DNA of 64,000 bases, taken from contig JBHHXN010000004.1 of assembly GCA_046757025.1 (NCBI GenBank), forward strand, positions 1-64,000, read 5' to 3'. Shown here one piece after another: positions 9,722 to 20,630 of this stretch. The translations under genes were made by a program, and so were the position numbers. Each line of letters begins with the position of its first letter. Position 1 is the first letter of the stretch. This DNA comes from a bacterium. Lineage in GTDB: Bacteria > Zhuqueibacterota > Zhuqueibacteria > Oceanimicrobiales > Oceanimicrobiaceae. The notes beneath the pieces were generated by a model, which worked only from the letters and a program-made list of their open reading frames with translations, was not told where the DNA came from and made no database searches.

Positions 9722-10867
9722 ATGAGCAACCTTTCAGAACAACAAATTTTTGACGCCCTGAAAAAAGTGGTGGACCCCATGAGCGGGCAAAGTATCGTTG
9801 CCAGCAATATGGTGAAAAACCTCAGAATAGACAACCAGCACGTGGCCTTTTCGCTGGAATTTAAGATTTCATCTCATCCAAATCAAGAAGAAATACGACA
9901 AAAAGCGGAAGCGGCGCTACGGGCGGTAACGGACGTAAAGGATGTGTCCATCAATATTTCCGTGCATAATCCGTTAAAGGTGATTTCATCTTCGCCGGCG
10001 CCTCAGCAGACTTCACCGCCGCCGTCCATGCCGCAGCAGCAGCCACCGCAGCCGCAAAATTTGCTGACACAGGTCAAGCACACCATTGCGGTAGCCAGCG
10101 GTAAAGGCGGCGTGGGTAAGACCACGGTTTCAGTAAACCTGGCGGTGGCCCTGGCACAGACAGGCGCCCGCGTCGGCCTGCTGGACGCCGATGTTTACGG
10201 ACCCAACATTCCCATCATGATGGGTGTAGAAGACAAACTCAAGAGCCGCAACAACAAAATCGCGCCGCTGGAGCGCTACGGTGTGCAGATGGTCTCCGTG
10301 GGATTTATTTCGCAGGGCGACAACGCGATTATATGGCGCGGTCCGCTGGTGGGCCGAATGATCCAGCAATTCATTCAGGACGTGGACTGGGGTGAATTAG
10401 ACTATTTGATAATCGACCTGCCGCCTGGAACCGGCGACGCACAGCTCACTTTAACCCAGACCATTCCTCTAACCGGCGCCATCGTCGTCAGCACACCGCA
10501 GGATGTGGCGCTGGCCGACGCCCGCAAAGGCATCAACATGTTCCGAAAGGTAGAAGTGCCGGTGCTCGGGGTGGTTGAAAACATGAGCTACTTTGTCTGC
10601 CCGCATTGCAGCGAACGCACCGAAATTTTCGATCATGGCGGCGGCAAAAAAGCCAGTGAACAATTCAACACCGCCTTTCTCGGTGAAATCCCGCTAGACA
10701 CCAAAATACGCATCGGCGGCGACACCGGCAAGCCCATCGTGGTCGCCGAAGCGGATTCGCCTGTCACCGCGGCATTTAAAAAGCTGGCCGAGAGCATCAT
10801 AGCACAAGTTAGTAAAAGCAAAGACCAGGACGCTGGAATTTTCAAACGCGTATTTAAACTAAGTTAA
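9722..10867 (+). CDS. apbC: Mrp/NBP35 (ApbC) iron-sulfur cluster carrier ATPase
   Basis: N-terminal FeS-assembly domain, SGKGGVGKT, DADVYGP, DLPPGTGD, ENMSYFVCPHC. Confidence 0.93.
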   Translation: MSNLSEQQIFDALKKVVDPMSGQSIVASNMVKNLRIDNQHVAFSLEFKISSHPNQEEIRQKAEAALRAVTDVKDVSINISVHNPLKVISSSPAPQQTSPPPSMPQQQPPQPQNLLTQVKHTIAVASGKGGVGKTTVSVNLAVALAQTGARVGLLDADVYGPNIPIMMGVEDKLKSRNNKIAPLERYGVQMVSVGFISQGDNAIIWRGPLVGRMIQQFIQDVDWGELDYLIIDLPPGTGDAQLTLTQTIPLTGAIVVSTPQDVALADARKGINMFRKVEVPVLGVVENMSYFVCPHCSERTEIFDHGGGKKASEQFNTAFLGEIPLDTKIRIGGDTGKPIVVAEADSPVTAAFKKLAESIIAQVSKSKDQDAGIFKRVFKLS

Positions 10868-11145
10868 AAAGAATCATTCAAACAGCTTTACATCAACCTC
10901 AGGATCGCAAAATTTTCCTCAGTATCTTTATTCACCTTTCATCCTGATTGTAAATCTGGCAATCCTTTTTCTCAATTTAACTCTGCAGTGATTTCATAAT
11001 CCAGCAAGAATGAAAAGGACTGAACAATTCACAAAACACAATTGTATTTTCAATCTTCCGACTGCAGCGATTTTAACACGGGTATTTGGTAGTGTCAATG
11101 GGTCATAATTCTGTGAAACGTTAATTTTACTATTTGGAGGCTGTT

Positions 11146-13128
11146 ATGAGACTTCAAAATAATAAACATAAAAATATTCCATACGCTGGGATAGCCACCA
11201 CCACCGATGGCGCCGGCATGGTCGTGTGGGTGGACACCCACATCACTCAGGGAGGTTGCGCCTACCCCATCACTTCATCCACCACCATGGGGCAGGGTTA
11301 TCAAGCTGCGGTGGCCAACGGCAAAACCAACCTCTGGGATGAACCGCTGACTTTTCTCGAGCTGGAATCCGAGCACAGCTCCGCCACTTCCTGCGAGGGT
11401 TTTGCTCTGGCCGGCGGTAGAGTGAGTAATTTCACTTCCGGCCAGGGTCTGGTGCTGATGAAAGAGGTGCTGTTCACCATCTCCGGTAAACGCCTGCCGG
11501 CGGTGTTTCACATCGGCGCGCGGGCGCTGACTTCGCATTCGTTAAACGTGCACGCCGGGCATGACGACGTGATGGCAGTGAGCGACTGCGGTTGGGGCAT
11601 GCTCTTTGGCATGAATGCCCAGAACGCCGGCGATTTAGCGCTGATCGCCCGGCGTGCAGCCGAAGATTCTTCCACTCCGTTTTTAAACGTGATGGACGGA
11701 TTCTTAACCACCCACACCATCGAAAACGTGCAGCTGCCGGAACCGGAAATGATGCGCGTTTATATCGGCAATCCGCAGGACAAGCTACACAACTTCATGG
11801 ATCCCGAGCACCCGCTCATGACCGGTGTGGTGCAAAATCAGGACAGTTACATGAAAGGTAAAATTGCTCAGCGCTTTTTTTACGATAAAGTGCCCACTGC
11901 CCTGCAATCGGCCATGGATGAATTCTACAAATTGACCGGACGCAGATACGATTTGGTGCAGGGTTACCGCCTCGAAGACGCAGAATACGCCGTCGTCGGC
12001 ATGGGCTCTTTTATGGAAACCGCTATGGCCACCGTGGATTACTTGCGGGCGCAAGGCGAAAAGGTCGGTGTGTTGAATGTGGTGGCCTTTCGGCCCTTTC
12101 CCTCCAAACAGATTGTCGAAGCTTTGCAGCACCTGCAAGCGTTTTCGGTTTTGGAGCGGATGGACAATCCCCTGGCGCAATCCAACCCCCTCACTGTGGA
12201 GATCAAAGCGGCGTTTGCGGACGCGCTGAACAACCGTGCGCGGGGGCCGCAAATTACCAGTGTACCGCAAATCTATTCCGGCTCCGGCGGGCTGGGCAGC
12301 CGCGATGTCCGACCCGGCGATTTCATTGCCATTTTCAACAACATGAAAAACCAAGGCAACCACCGCTATTTCACCGTAGGCATCAAACACGAAACCGCCC
12401 TGCAAAACGGTTTTGACCCGGACGTGCGACCCGAGGGGGCGTTTTCCATGCGCGGGCATTCGGTGGGCGGTTACGGCTCGGTCACCACTAACAAGGTGAT
12501 TGCCACCATCGTCAGCGATCTGTACGGACTACAGGTGCAGGCGTATCCCAAGTACGGCTCCGAGAAAAAAGGCCTGCCTACTACCTATTACCTGACCATT
12601 GCCCGGGAGCCCATTCGCACGCACTGCGAATTGGAGCACGTGGAGTTTATTCCACTGAACGACGTCAACGCGTTCAATCTCGGCAATCCGCTGGCTGGCA
12701 TTTCAGAAAACGGCATGATTTTTCTGCAAACCTTCCTGACGAATCCTGATGAAATCTGGAAATCGATCCCTGATTATGCCAGACAAATCATTCGAGAGAA
12801 AGGCATTCGCGTGTTTGCGCTGGACACGGTTAAAATTGCCAAAGAAGTCGCAACCGATCTTTCCTTACAGCAAAGGATGCAGGGCATCGTGCTTCTGGGT
12901 ATTTTTTTGAAAATCACCCCTTTTCGAAAAGAGTTCAAATTGACGGATGCGGAGCTGTTAAAGGGCATCGAAAAATCCATTCGAAAATATTTTGGCAGCA
13001 AAGGCGAAACCGTGGTGCAGGACAATTTACAGGCCGTAAAAAAGGGGTACAACGAAGTATTCGAAATTCCGCGTGAAATCATCGAAAGTGAAAAGCAAGC
13101 GCTGATTTCTGAAATTGCCGCCAATTAA
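11146..13128 (+). CDS. 2-oxoacid (pyruvate):ferredoxin oxidoreductase, N-terminal subunit (alpha+gamma domains)
   Basis: YPITSS, ESEHS, FTSGQGL, GHDD, YGSEKKG; GGAGG RBS before ATG 11146. Confidence 0.88.
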   Translation: MRLQNNKHKNIPYAGIATTTDGAGMVVWVDTHITQGGCAYPITSSTTMGQGYQAAVANGKTNLWDEPLTFLELESEHSSATSCEGFALAGGRVSNFTSGQGLVLMKEVLFTISGKRLPAVFHIGARALTSHSLNVHAGHDDVMAVSDCGWGMLFGMNAQNAGDLALIARRAAEDSSTPFLNVMDGFLTTHTIENVQLPEPEMMRVYIGNPQDKLHNFMDPEHPLMTGVVQNQDSYMKGKIAQRFFYDKVPTALQSAMDEFYKLTGRRYDLVQGYRLEDAEYAVVGMGSFMETAMATVDYLRAQGEKVGVLNVVAFRPFPSKQIVEALQHLQAFSVLERMDNPLAQSNPLTVEIKAAFADALNNRARGPQITSVPQIYSGSGGLGSRDVRPGDFIAIFNNMKNQGNHRYFTVGIKHETALQNGFDPDVRPEGAFSMRGHSVGGYGSVTTNKVIATIVSDLYGLQVQAYPKYGSEKKGLPTTYYLTIAREPIRTHCELEHVEFIPLNDVNAFNLGNPLAGISENGMIFLQTFLTNPDEIWKSIPDYARQIIREKGIRVFALDTVKIAKEVATDLSLQQRMQGIVLLGIFLKITPFRKEFKLTDAELLKGIEKSIRKYFGSKGETVVQDNLQAVKKGYNEVFEIPREIIESEKQALISEIAAN

Positions 13129-13143
13129 AAAAAGAGGTGCAAA

Positions 13144-14784
13144 ATGAAGAGTCAAAAATACGTAAGTAAAACATCCGGGAATTCAGGAGAACGGGACACC
13201 GCCACCCTGGAAGCCCAGATTTTTGATATAAACGAGCTGGAAACCGATCAGTTTGTAGAACAATTCAACGCCCAGGTGTTGACCTGTTACAACCAGGGCG
13301 TCGCGGAAAAGCGACTGCCCGCCGATGTGGGCACCGCGCGCAGTATCATCCCAGCAGCCACCGGCGCTCTGCGGGACTTCAGCTACATCGCTCCGGACAT
13401 TCCGCTGTTTGCCAACGACAACTGCGTGGGCTGCATGGATTGTGTCACCGAATGTCCAGACACGGCCATTTTGGGTAAAGTCGTTCCCAAATCACAGCTC
13501 GAAAAAGAGCTGGCGCAAATTTCGGATCCGGCCGAGCGGACGTTTATAGCAGCTCAGTGGACCAAAACCAACAAATACTGGAAGGTTCCGGAACGCAAAG
13601 GCGAGGAACCCGGCTACTTTGGCATTTTTATCGATCCCACTAAATGCAAAGGCTGCGCAGAATGCGTGGATGCCTGCGGCGATCACCTGGCGCTGGAAAT
13701 GATCAAAAAAGATGGCGACAATTTACCCAAATTTCAACAAGCATTCAATTTTTACACACGCATGCCGGAAACACCGGCATCCTACATCCAGGAAAAGGTG
13801 CTGGCGGACATGATGTTGGCCGACAGCTCACTGCTGTATGTGGGCGGTGCCGGCTCCTGTATGGGATGCGGCGAAGCCACCGCCCTGCGCATGCTGCTGG
13901 CCGCCACCGGCTTTGTGTACGGGCCAGAGAGCGTGGGCATCGTGGCGGCCACCGGTTGCAACACGGTGTACGGTTCCACTTACCCTTACAATCCTTACAA
14001 AATACCGTGGACAAACTCGCTGTTTGAAAACGCCTCCGCAGACGCCATGGGCGTGCGTGCGCGTTGGAATCAAATGGGCTGGCACGATAAAAAATTGTGG
14101 GTGCTCGGCGGCGACGGTGCCATGCTCGATATCGGCTTCCAATCCCTCTCGAGGATGTTAGCCTCAGGAATGAACATAAATGCCTTTGTGCTGGACACGC
14201 AGGTCTATTCCAATACCGGCGGACAGGCTTCCACCGCCACATTCATGGGTCAGGAAACCAAGATGTCGGCGCACGGAAAAGCCATTCAGGGTAAAACTGA
14301 ACGGCGCAAGGAAATCGGGCAGATCGCCATGATGCATCCGGAGGTATTTGTGGCGCAAACCACTGCAGCGCACGTCAATCATTTTTATCGCGCAGTCATG
14401 GCCGCTAACGAATTTGACGGACCAGCCGTGATCAACGTTTACACAACCTGCCAGCCCGAGCACGGCGTGGCGGATAACATGGCCATGCACCAGGCTAAAT
14501 TAGCGGTGGATTCCCGTACCTTCCCGATATTCATTTACGACCCACGCAAAGGAGAAAAATTCAGAGAACGCCTGGATCTGAAGGGCAATCCCGCGGTGAA
14601 AGACGATTGGTACCGTCAACCCAAAACCGACGAACAGATCGATTTCATCCATTTTGCCCGTTCGGAAGGACGGTTCTCCAAGCACTTCGACAAAAATGGC
14701 AATCCAACTGAGCTTATCATCCAGGCTCAGGAAGACCGCCTGAAAAACTGGCGCCTTTTGCAGGAGCTAGCCGGCGTCATTTGA
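13144..14784 (+). CDS. 2-oxoacid:ferredoxin oxidoreductase, ferredoxin plus TPP-binding subunit
   Basis: CVGCMDCVTECP and CKGCAECVDAC 4Fe-4S motifs; GSCMGCGE, ATGC, GGDG, YSNTGGQ. Confidence 0.88.
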   Translation: MKSQKYVSKTSGNSGERDTATLEAQIFDINELETDQFVEQFNAQVLTCYNQGVAEKRLPADVGTARSIIPAATGALRDFSYIAPDIPLFANDNCVGCMDCVTECPDTAILGKVVPKSQLEKELAQISDPAERTFIAAQWTKTNKYWKVPERKGEEPGYFGIFIDPTKCKGCAECVDACGDHLALEMIKKDGDNLPKFQQAFNFYTRMPETPASYIQEKVLADMMLADSSLLYVGGAGSCMGCGEATALRMLLAATGFVYGPESVGIVAATGCNTVYGSTYPYNPYKIPWTNSLFENASADAMGVRARWNQMGWHDKKLWVLGGDGAMLDIGFQSLSRMLASGMNINAFVLDTQVYSNTGGQASTATFMGQETKMSAHGKAIQGKTERRKEIGQIAMMHPEVFVAQTTAAHVNHFYRAVMAANEFDGPAVINVYTTCQPEHGVADNMAMHQAKLAVDSRTFPIFIYDPRKGEKFRERLDLKGNPAVKDDWYRQPKTDEQIDFIHFARSEGRFSKHFDKNGNPTELIIQAQEDRLKNWRLLQELAGVI

Positions 14785-14839
14785 TGGCGTGCATTGTATA
14801 AAAGTTACAAAAAAACATTTGAAAACAAAATTATCTAAA

Positions 14840-14998
14840 TAGTGTCTGAACGAAAACTCGAGAAATACGCTATTCATAAACCTCTACGCGAAGGCATCCT
14901 TTCAACAAGGCTCAGGACAGGCCCCGCTGGGCCAAGCGGGAATTCACCCTCGACCCGGAGGCCTTCGGGAAGAAAAGGTCCTTTTCGGTCAATCACTA
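14840..14998. mobile_element. MITE-like element with terminal inverted repeats
   Basis: TAGTGTCTGAACGAAAA ... TTTTCGGTCAATCACTA; left part repeated at 48269-48322. Confidence 0.6.
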
Positions 14999-15290
14999 AA
15001 TAGGTATTTGAATCTTTGAAAGTGCGGAAGCAAGCGTCCACGCGTGGGTAAACTTCAATCGAAGACGCTTGACAAAACATTTTTAAATAAAAAAATAATA
15101 AAATAAATTTGACTTATTGCATGAAAAGAATGTAAATTACAGGGAAGTCAATTCGAGGCAGTGCATTCATCTATATGACCGATTAAATCAATATTTGGAT
15201 ATTTTTTGCAAACGTCCTTAACAAGACTTTTAAGAGATACGAGCACCCATTCTTAGTCGTTTTTTTTCAGAAAATGAAGAAAGGAAATCA

Positions 15291-16211
15291 ATGGCAGAGC
15301 ATGATTTATTTGTGCGATTCTGGGGAGTACGGGGAAGCTACCCCGTGCCCGGGCAAAGCACGATTCGTTACGGAGGCAACACATCCTGCATCGAGATTAG
15401 GGCGAAAAATCATCTCATCATTTTGGACGCCGGCACCGGCATCGTCGAGCTGGGAAATGAACTGCTGCAAAAGTTTCACCAGCAAAAAGCGTCGTCCTCT
15501 TTCATCATAAACCTATTGATGTCGCACACACATCACGATCACCTGCAAGGGCTGGCGTTTTTTGCACCAGCCTATCATCCGGATTGTGTGCTGAATATTT
15601 TTGGACCGCGCTCCTTTTCGCAGGATTTATCGCAGATTTTAAAAGCGACTATGGCGCCGCAGTACAGTCCCATAGAGTTAGATGAATTGAACTCCAAAAT
15701 GAACATACAAAATCTTACGGAAAATCACATTTTAATACTTAACGATAAATCTGAAAATCCTCAGATTTATGCACAAAATCATTTACCGGGCTTCTCAAAA
15801 AATGATGTGGCAGTGAAATTGATGCGCAGTTATGCTCATCCCAAAATTGGTGTGTTTGTGATCAAAATCGAAGTGAACAACAAACGACTGGTGTATGCCA
15901 CGGATACCGAAGGTTATGTGGGCAACGACGCCCGTTTGATCGAATTTGCCAGAGATGCCGACTTGCTGATTCACGACGCCCAGTATGCGCCAGAAGAATA
16001 CATGGACGCCAATCTACCGAAGCAGGGGTTTGGTCACAGCACTTATGAAATGGCCGCCCGGGTAGCCAGAACCGCCAACGTAAAAAATCTGGTGCTCTTT
16101 CATCACGATCCGTCTCACGACGATGAAAAAATTGCCGACATGGAAAACAAAACCCGCGAGTTTTTTCCGAACACCACCGCCGGCCGCGAAGGTCTGGAAT
16201 ACACTTTTTGA
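15291..16211 (+). CDS. MBL-fold metallo-hydrolase
   Basis: GVRGS, GGNTSC, SHTHHDH, TDTE, HDAQY, GHS, FHHDP motifs. Confidence 0.88.
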   Translation: MAEHDLFVRFWGVRGSYPVPGQSTIRYGGNTSCIEIRAKNHLIILDAGTGIVELGNELLQKFHQQKASSSFIINLLMSHTHHDHLQGLAFFAPAYHPDCVLNIFGPRSFSQDLSQILKATMAPQYSPIELDELNSKMNIQNLTENHILILNDKSENPQIYAQNHLPGFSKNDVAVKLMRSYAHPKIGVFVIKIEVNNKRLVYATDTEGYVGNDARLIEFARDADLLIHDAQYAPEEYMDANLPKQGFGHSTYEMAARVARTANVKNLVLFHHDPSHDDEKIADMENKTREFFPNTTAGREGLEYTF

Positions 16212-16332
16212 CTTCACATGCTTGTATTGTTCACATACGCTGCCTTTGAGTTGAAAAAGAACCTCAAGGATCATAGTCGCAAAAATTCATCGAACCAATA
16301 AATCAACCGCTTAACCAATTTGAGTGATCTTT

Positions 16333-16860
16333 ATGCCTGCCACAACCAACCATTCTCATGAACCGGACCAAGGTCGGGGGAAACCGGTATCGGCCACGGC
16401 AGTGGAAATGACCGAGATGGTTTTACCCAACGACGCCAACACCCTCGGAAATATTTTGGGCGGGAAAGTCATGCACCTCATCGATATCGCCTGCGCCGTG
16501 GCTGCTCACCGGCACTGCCGGCGGCCGGTGGTGACGGTTTCCATGGACTCGCTGGACTTCCGGCATCCCATTAAAGTCGGCGAGCTCATCATCATCAAAG
16601 CCTCGGTAAACCGGGTGTTCAAAACTTCCATGGAGTGCGGAGCCAAAGTCTTTTCAGAGGATCTGAATACCGGCGAGCGCAAGCATACCAGCACCGCTTA
16701 TTTGACCTTTGTGGCGCTGGATGAGAACAAAAGACCGACGCGAGTGGAGCCCATCATTCCTGAGACCGAAGACGAAAAACGCCGCTGGCGGGCCGCCGCC
16801 ATTCGCCGGGAGTTTCGCATGCAAGAAAAAGCCCGCTTAAAAATCAACTACACCCCATGA
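16333..16860 (+). CDS. Acyl-CoA thioesterase (hotdog fold, YciA-like)
   Basis: VLPNDANTLGNILGG, VVTVSMD, AYLTFVALD. Confidence 0.88.
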   Translation: MPATTNHSHEPDQGRGKPVSATAVEMTEMVLPNDANTLGNILGGKVMHLIDIACAVAAHRHCRRPVVTVSMDSLDFRHPIKVGELIIIKASVNRVFKTSMECGAKVFSEDLNTGERKHTSTAYLTFVALDENKRPTRVEPIIPETEDEKRRWRAAAIRREFRMQEKARLKINYTP

Positions 16861-17873
16861 AGATGCCAAGCATGGAAGAAAAAATTCAAACTGTACGTGA
16901 AATCACCACGCTGACCGGCGGATTTATGCCGGCGCAGATCGTGTTGACCGCAAACCGCCTGGAGGTATTCACGCACTTATCTGGTACAAAGCTCACCGGT
17001 CAACAACTGGCTGAGCGGTTAAACACCGACGCGCGCGCCACCGAATTGTTGTGCAACGCACTCACCGCGCTCGGTTTCCTGCAGAAAAAGGGTGGGCTTT
17101 TCTGGAATTCGGCAAAAGCCGACGAACATTTAGTTCAAGGACAACCGTTTTATTGCGGCGACAATCTACGGCATCAGGCCAATTACTGGCACAGGTGGTC
17201 GCAGTTGGAAGAGGTCATCAAAACCGGCGAACCGCTACCCAAAAAAGTGGATTCGCCGGAAGAAGAAAAACAGCAGGCGGCCGAGTTTACCCTGGCCATG
17301 GCCAACATCGGTCGTCTCAGCGCCGCACAAACTGCAGCCGGTCTGGATTTACGGAACGTGCGCAAAATGATCGACATCGGCGGCGGCCCCGGAACCTATG
17401 CTCTGGAGTTCGTAAAAAAAAATCCCGACCTGCAGGTCGTGGTTTTCGACCGTCCGCCGGTGGCAGCCGTGGCGGAGGAATCCATCCGCAAAAGTACTTT
17501 TCAAAAAAACATCACTTATCGCGCCGGCGATTGCTTCGTGGACAATTTAGGCTCAGACTATGATCTGGCTTTTTTATCCAATTTTATCCACATTTACAGC
17601 CTGGAAGAAATCGTGGTTTTATTTCGACGAATCTGGCCGGCGCTCAAATCGTCTGGCAAACTCGTGGTGAAGGATTTCTTTGTGAACGACGAGCGTACGG
17701 GCCCGCCGTTCGCGGCGCAATTTGCGCTACACATGCTCATCAACACCGAAAGGGGCAGCGTTTACTCACTCTCCGAAATGCAAACCGCCTTGAAGGAAGC
17801 GCAATTTCAATGTATCAGCCATTTCGAAGTGGGCGAACATTCCACTGTGATCGTAGCAGAAAAAGCCGATTAA
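16857..17873 (+). CDS. O-methyltransferase family 2 with dimerisation domain
   Basis: N-terminal winged helix, DIGGGPG, LSNFIH; ATGA overlap with the upstream gene. Confidence 0.85.
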   Translation: MKMPSMEEKIQTVREITTLTGGFMPAQIVLTANRLEVFTHLSGTKLTGQQLAERLNTDARATELLCNALTALGFLQKKGGLFWNSAKADEHLVQGQPFYCGDNLRHQANYWHRWSQLEEVIKTGEPLPKKVDSPEEEKQQAAEFTLAMANIGRLSAAQTAAGLDLRNVRKMIDIGGGPGTYALEFVKKNPDLQVVVFDRPPVAAVAEESIRKSTFQKNITYRAGDCFVDNLGSDYDLAFLSNFIHIYSLEEIVVLFRRIWPALKSSGKLVVKDFFVNDERTGPPFAAQFALHMLINTERGSVYSLSEMQTALKEAQFQCISHFEVGEHSTVIVAEKAD

Positions 17874-18104
17874 CCACCGCTTGTTTAACCGACTCCTGCT
17901 TTCTTCTCAATCCTTTGTGACCGAAATCTCATCGAGGAATCATGAAAACCCTTTTTACCTTGCAAAGCAATTTAACCGGTTAAAACAGGCCGCAAAAATA
18001 ACCTGCATCCATTTTAGTTTTCAGTCAAATTTAATCTTGAACTTTATTTTTCGAATAACTATATTAAGCCCTTGGAGAATTTAAAAATTGAGTAGCATTT
18101 TGGC

Positions 18105-18428
18105 TTGAAATATTCCGAGAGTAGAACAGAATTCATTACCGTGGCGCAGACAAGCGAGTTGTTTCCGGGCGAGTGTAAAATCGTCACCGCCAAAAACCGA
18201 ACCCTGGCGCTGTACAACGTGGCGGGCATTTTTTACGCCACAGACAACAAATGCTGCCATCGCAACGGTCCCCTGGGAGACGGCGTTTTAAACGGCTACG
18301 TGGTTACCTGTCCCTGGCACGGTTGGCGATTCAACGTCGCCAACGGGGAATGCCTCCTGGCAAACCAGGTTCGCATCGCGACGTACCCGGTGCAGGTGGT
18401 TGGCAAAGAAATTCAAGTGAAAATTTAA
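18105..18428 (+). CDS. Rieske (2Fe-2S) ferredoxin
   Basis: CCHRNGPL and CPWHGW Rieske boxes; TTG start is uncertain. Confidence 0.85.
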   Translation: MKYSESRTEFITVAQTSELFPGECKIVTAKNRTLALYNVAGIFYATDNKCCHRNGPLGDGVLNGYVVTCPWHGWRFNVANGECLLANQVRIATYPVQVVGKEIQVKI

Positions 18429-18431
18429 TGC

Positions 18432-19481
18432 ATGTCGTTAACCGAAAATATAAAAAACCAGGCGCTGGCCATGGGATTTGATCTGTTCGGGGTAGCGCCG
18501 GTGCAGCTCGTACCGGAGCTGGCGTTTTATGCCGACTGGTTGGCTGCCGGCTACGCTGGCAAAATGGCTTATTTGGAAAACAACGTTCCTAAGCGCACAG
18601 ATGTGACGCAAGTGGCGCCCGAAGCCAAATCCATAATCGTATGTGCCGTGATTTACAACACCGAGCACCCCCGTTCGATGGAGCAGACCGCACCGGACCG
18701 CGGCTGGATTTCCAGATATAGCTGGGGCGATGATTATCACGACCTCCTGCAGGCTCGTTTGAAAAAGTTGACCGAGTACATCCAATCCTCCTGCAGCCAG
18801 GAAGTGCAATACCGTGTGTATGTGGACACCGGTCCGCTGGTGGAGCGGGTGCACGCAAAATACGCCGGCATCGGCTGGTTCGGTAAAAACACCTGCCTCA
18901 TCAATCAGCAAAAAGGCTCGTGGTTTTTTCTGGGCGAAATCATCACCAATTTGGAGCTGGAATATGACACACCCGTGGCCGACCGCTGCGGCACCTGCAA
19001 CCGCTGCATCGAAGCCTGCCCAACGGACGCCATCCTCGAACCGTATGTACTGGATTCCCGGCGCTGTATTTCTTATCTGACCATCGAGCTGCGCGATGAC
19101 ATACCCGTGACGCTGCGACCTCAAATGGGCAACCACATTTTCGGCTGCGATATCTGTCAGGACGTGTGCCCGTGGAACCGCAAAGCGCCGGTTACCCGCG
19201 AAGTGGGGTTTCAACCGCGGGAGGGCATTTTCAATCCTGAGCTGGCAGCCCTGGCTGGCATGCAGCCGCAACAATTTAGCGCCAAGTTTAAAAACAGTCC
19301 GGTAAAACGCAGTAAGTACCGCGGTTTTCTTCGCAATGTGGCCGTGGCCATGGGGAACTCAGGTGATGAACGATTTTTGCCTGCATTGAATGAGCTAAAA
19401 GAACACACAGATCCTTTGATAGCTGAGCACGCAGAATGGGCTATGGAGCAAATTCAAAACCATCATCAAACCGAATCATAA
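18432..19481 (+). CDS. queG: tRNA epoxyqueuosine(34) reductase QueG
   Basis: ISRYSWGDDYH, YVDTGP, GKNT, CGTCNRCIEACPT, FGCDICQDVCPWN. Confidence 0.93.
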   Translation: MSLTENIKNQALAMGFDLFGVAPVQLVPELAFYADWLAAGYAGKMAYLENNVPKRTDVTQVAPEAKSIIVCAVIYNTEHPRSMEQTAPDRGWISRYSWGDDYHDLLQARLKKLTEYIQSSCSQEVQYRVYVDTGPLVERVHAKYAGIGWFGKNTCLINQQKGSWFFLGEIITNLELEYDTPVADRCGTCNRCIEACPTDAILEPYVLDSRRCISYLTIELRDDIPVTLRPQMGNHIFGCDICQDVCPWNRKAPVTREVGFQPREGIFNPELAALAGMQPQQFSAKFKNSPVKRSKYRGFLRNVAVAMGNSGDERFLPALNELKEHTDPLIAEHAEWAMEQIQNHHQTES

Positions 19482-19485
19482 AAAA

Positions 19486-20160
19486 TTGAACGCTGACAAG
19501 ATACAAGACGCCATCCCAATCTTTCCGTTACCGAATGTAGTGTTTTTTCCGAAAACGTTACTTCCCATGCACATTTTTGAAGAGCGCTACCGCGAACTGG
19601 TGACGGATGCCTTGCGTGGCTCAAATCAAATAGGCATGGTGCTTTTAAAATACGGCTGGGAAAAAGACTATTTTGGGGCGCCCCAAACCCACGAAATCGG
19701 CTGTGTCGGCGATATTCAATTTTCAGAAAAATTGGAAAACGGAAAGTACAACATTCTGCTGTATGGTCTCTGCCGAATTAAAATTTTGCAATTTGTTCAG
19801 GAAAGCCCGTACCGGATTGCCCGAGTGCAGTTTTTGAAGGATCGGCATGTTGACCATGACGATTTTAATGAGCATCTGGAAACGGAGTCTTTTCTGAGAT
19901 TGGTTCACAAATATCTCCATTTAAGCGGTGTGAAAAATGTGAAAGATCTTTTCAAAATACACGCCCATTCATTCGAGTCCATACTTAATCAAGCGGCATC
20001 GATTTTGGACTTCAGCACTCAGGAGAAACAAGCTTTGCTGGAGCTGAACTCTTTGGAAATGCGACACGCACATTTAAAAAGTCTGATAAAAGAAAAACTT
20101 ACGGTGCTAAAAATAGCCCGAACGCCTAAATTTGTACCAGAGGATCCAAGTTGGAATTAA
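19486..20160 (+). CDS. LON peptidase substrate-binding (N-terminal) domain protein
   Basis: IPIFPLPNVVFFP..LPMHIFEERY; no ATPase or protease domain. Confidence 0.85.
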   Translation: MNADKIQDAIPIFPLPNVVFFPKTLLPMHIFEERYRELVTDALRGSNQIGMVLLKYGWEKDYFGAPQTHEIGCVGDIQFSEKLENGKYNILLYGLCRIKILQFVQESPYRIARVQFLKDRHVDHDDFNEHLETESFLRLVHKYLHLSGVKNVKDLFKIHAHSFESILNQAASILDFSTQEKQALLELNSLEMRHAHLKSLIKEKLTVLKIARTPKFVPEDPSWN

Positions 20161-20162
20161 AA

Positions 20163-20630
20163 ATGACCGTTGAATTCGTTTGTGTAAATTGTAATAAAGA
20201 TGTTTTGTTGGATATCACTGCGGAGGATAAACCCACCCATTGTCCGCACTGTTCGCAAAAACGGTATTACACTCTGAGCGCGAGCCTGCAAAAAGGCGAT
20301 AAAATAGACCGCTGTGCGCTTTGCGGCAAGATCAAATTTTATGTTCAAAAGGATTTCAATCCACGCCTGGGTCTGCTGATATTCGGTATCGGAGTCCTCT
20401 TCAGTTACCACACTTACGGCCTGACTCTGCTCATCGCCACCATAATCGATTTTTTTTTGTACAAGGTGCTGAAAACAGTCACCATTTGTTATCATTGTCG
20501 GGCCATTTATCGCGGTTTCCAGGAAGATCCCGCGCATCGCGGATTCGATCATAATCTGGCTGTCACCTTGATGGAACAGAATAACCCCGACGATGAAAAA
20601 GTCTTCCAGGAAACCGCAGGGGTCAAATGA
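20163..20630 (+). CDS. Hypothetical zinc-ribbon membrane protein
   Basis: Four CxxC pairs (CVNC, CPHC, CALC, CYHC) around a hydrophobic hairpin; overlaps the moaD start. Confidence 0.7.
   Translation: MTVEFVCVNCNKDVLLDITAEDKPTHCPHCSQKRYYTLSASLQKGDKIDRCALCGKIKFYVQKDFNPRLGLLIFGIGVLFSYHTYGLTLLIATIIDFFLYKVLKTVTICYHCRAIYRGFQEDPAHRGFDHNLAVTLMEQNNPDDEKVFQETAGVK

Noticed and set aside
13128..13144. Frameshifted or pseudogenised PFOR
   Set aside because: Separate RBS and start codon; both halves are intact.
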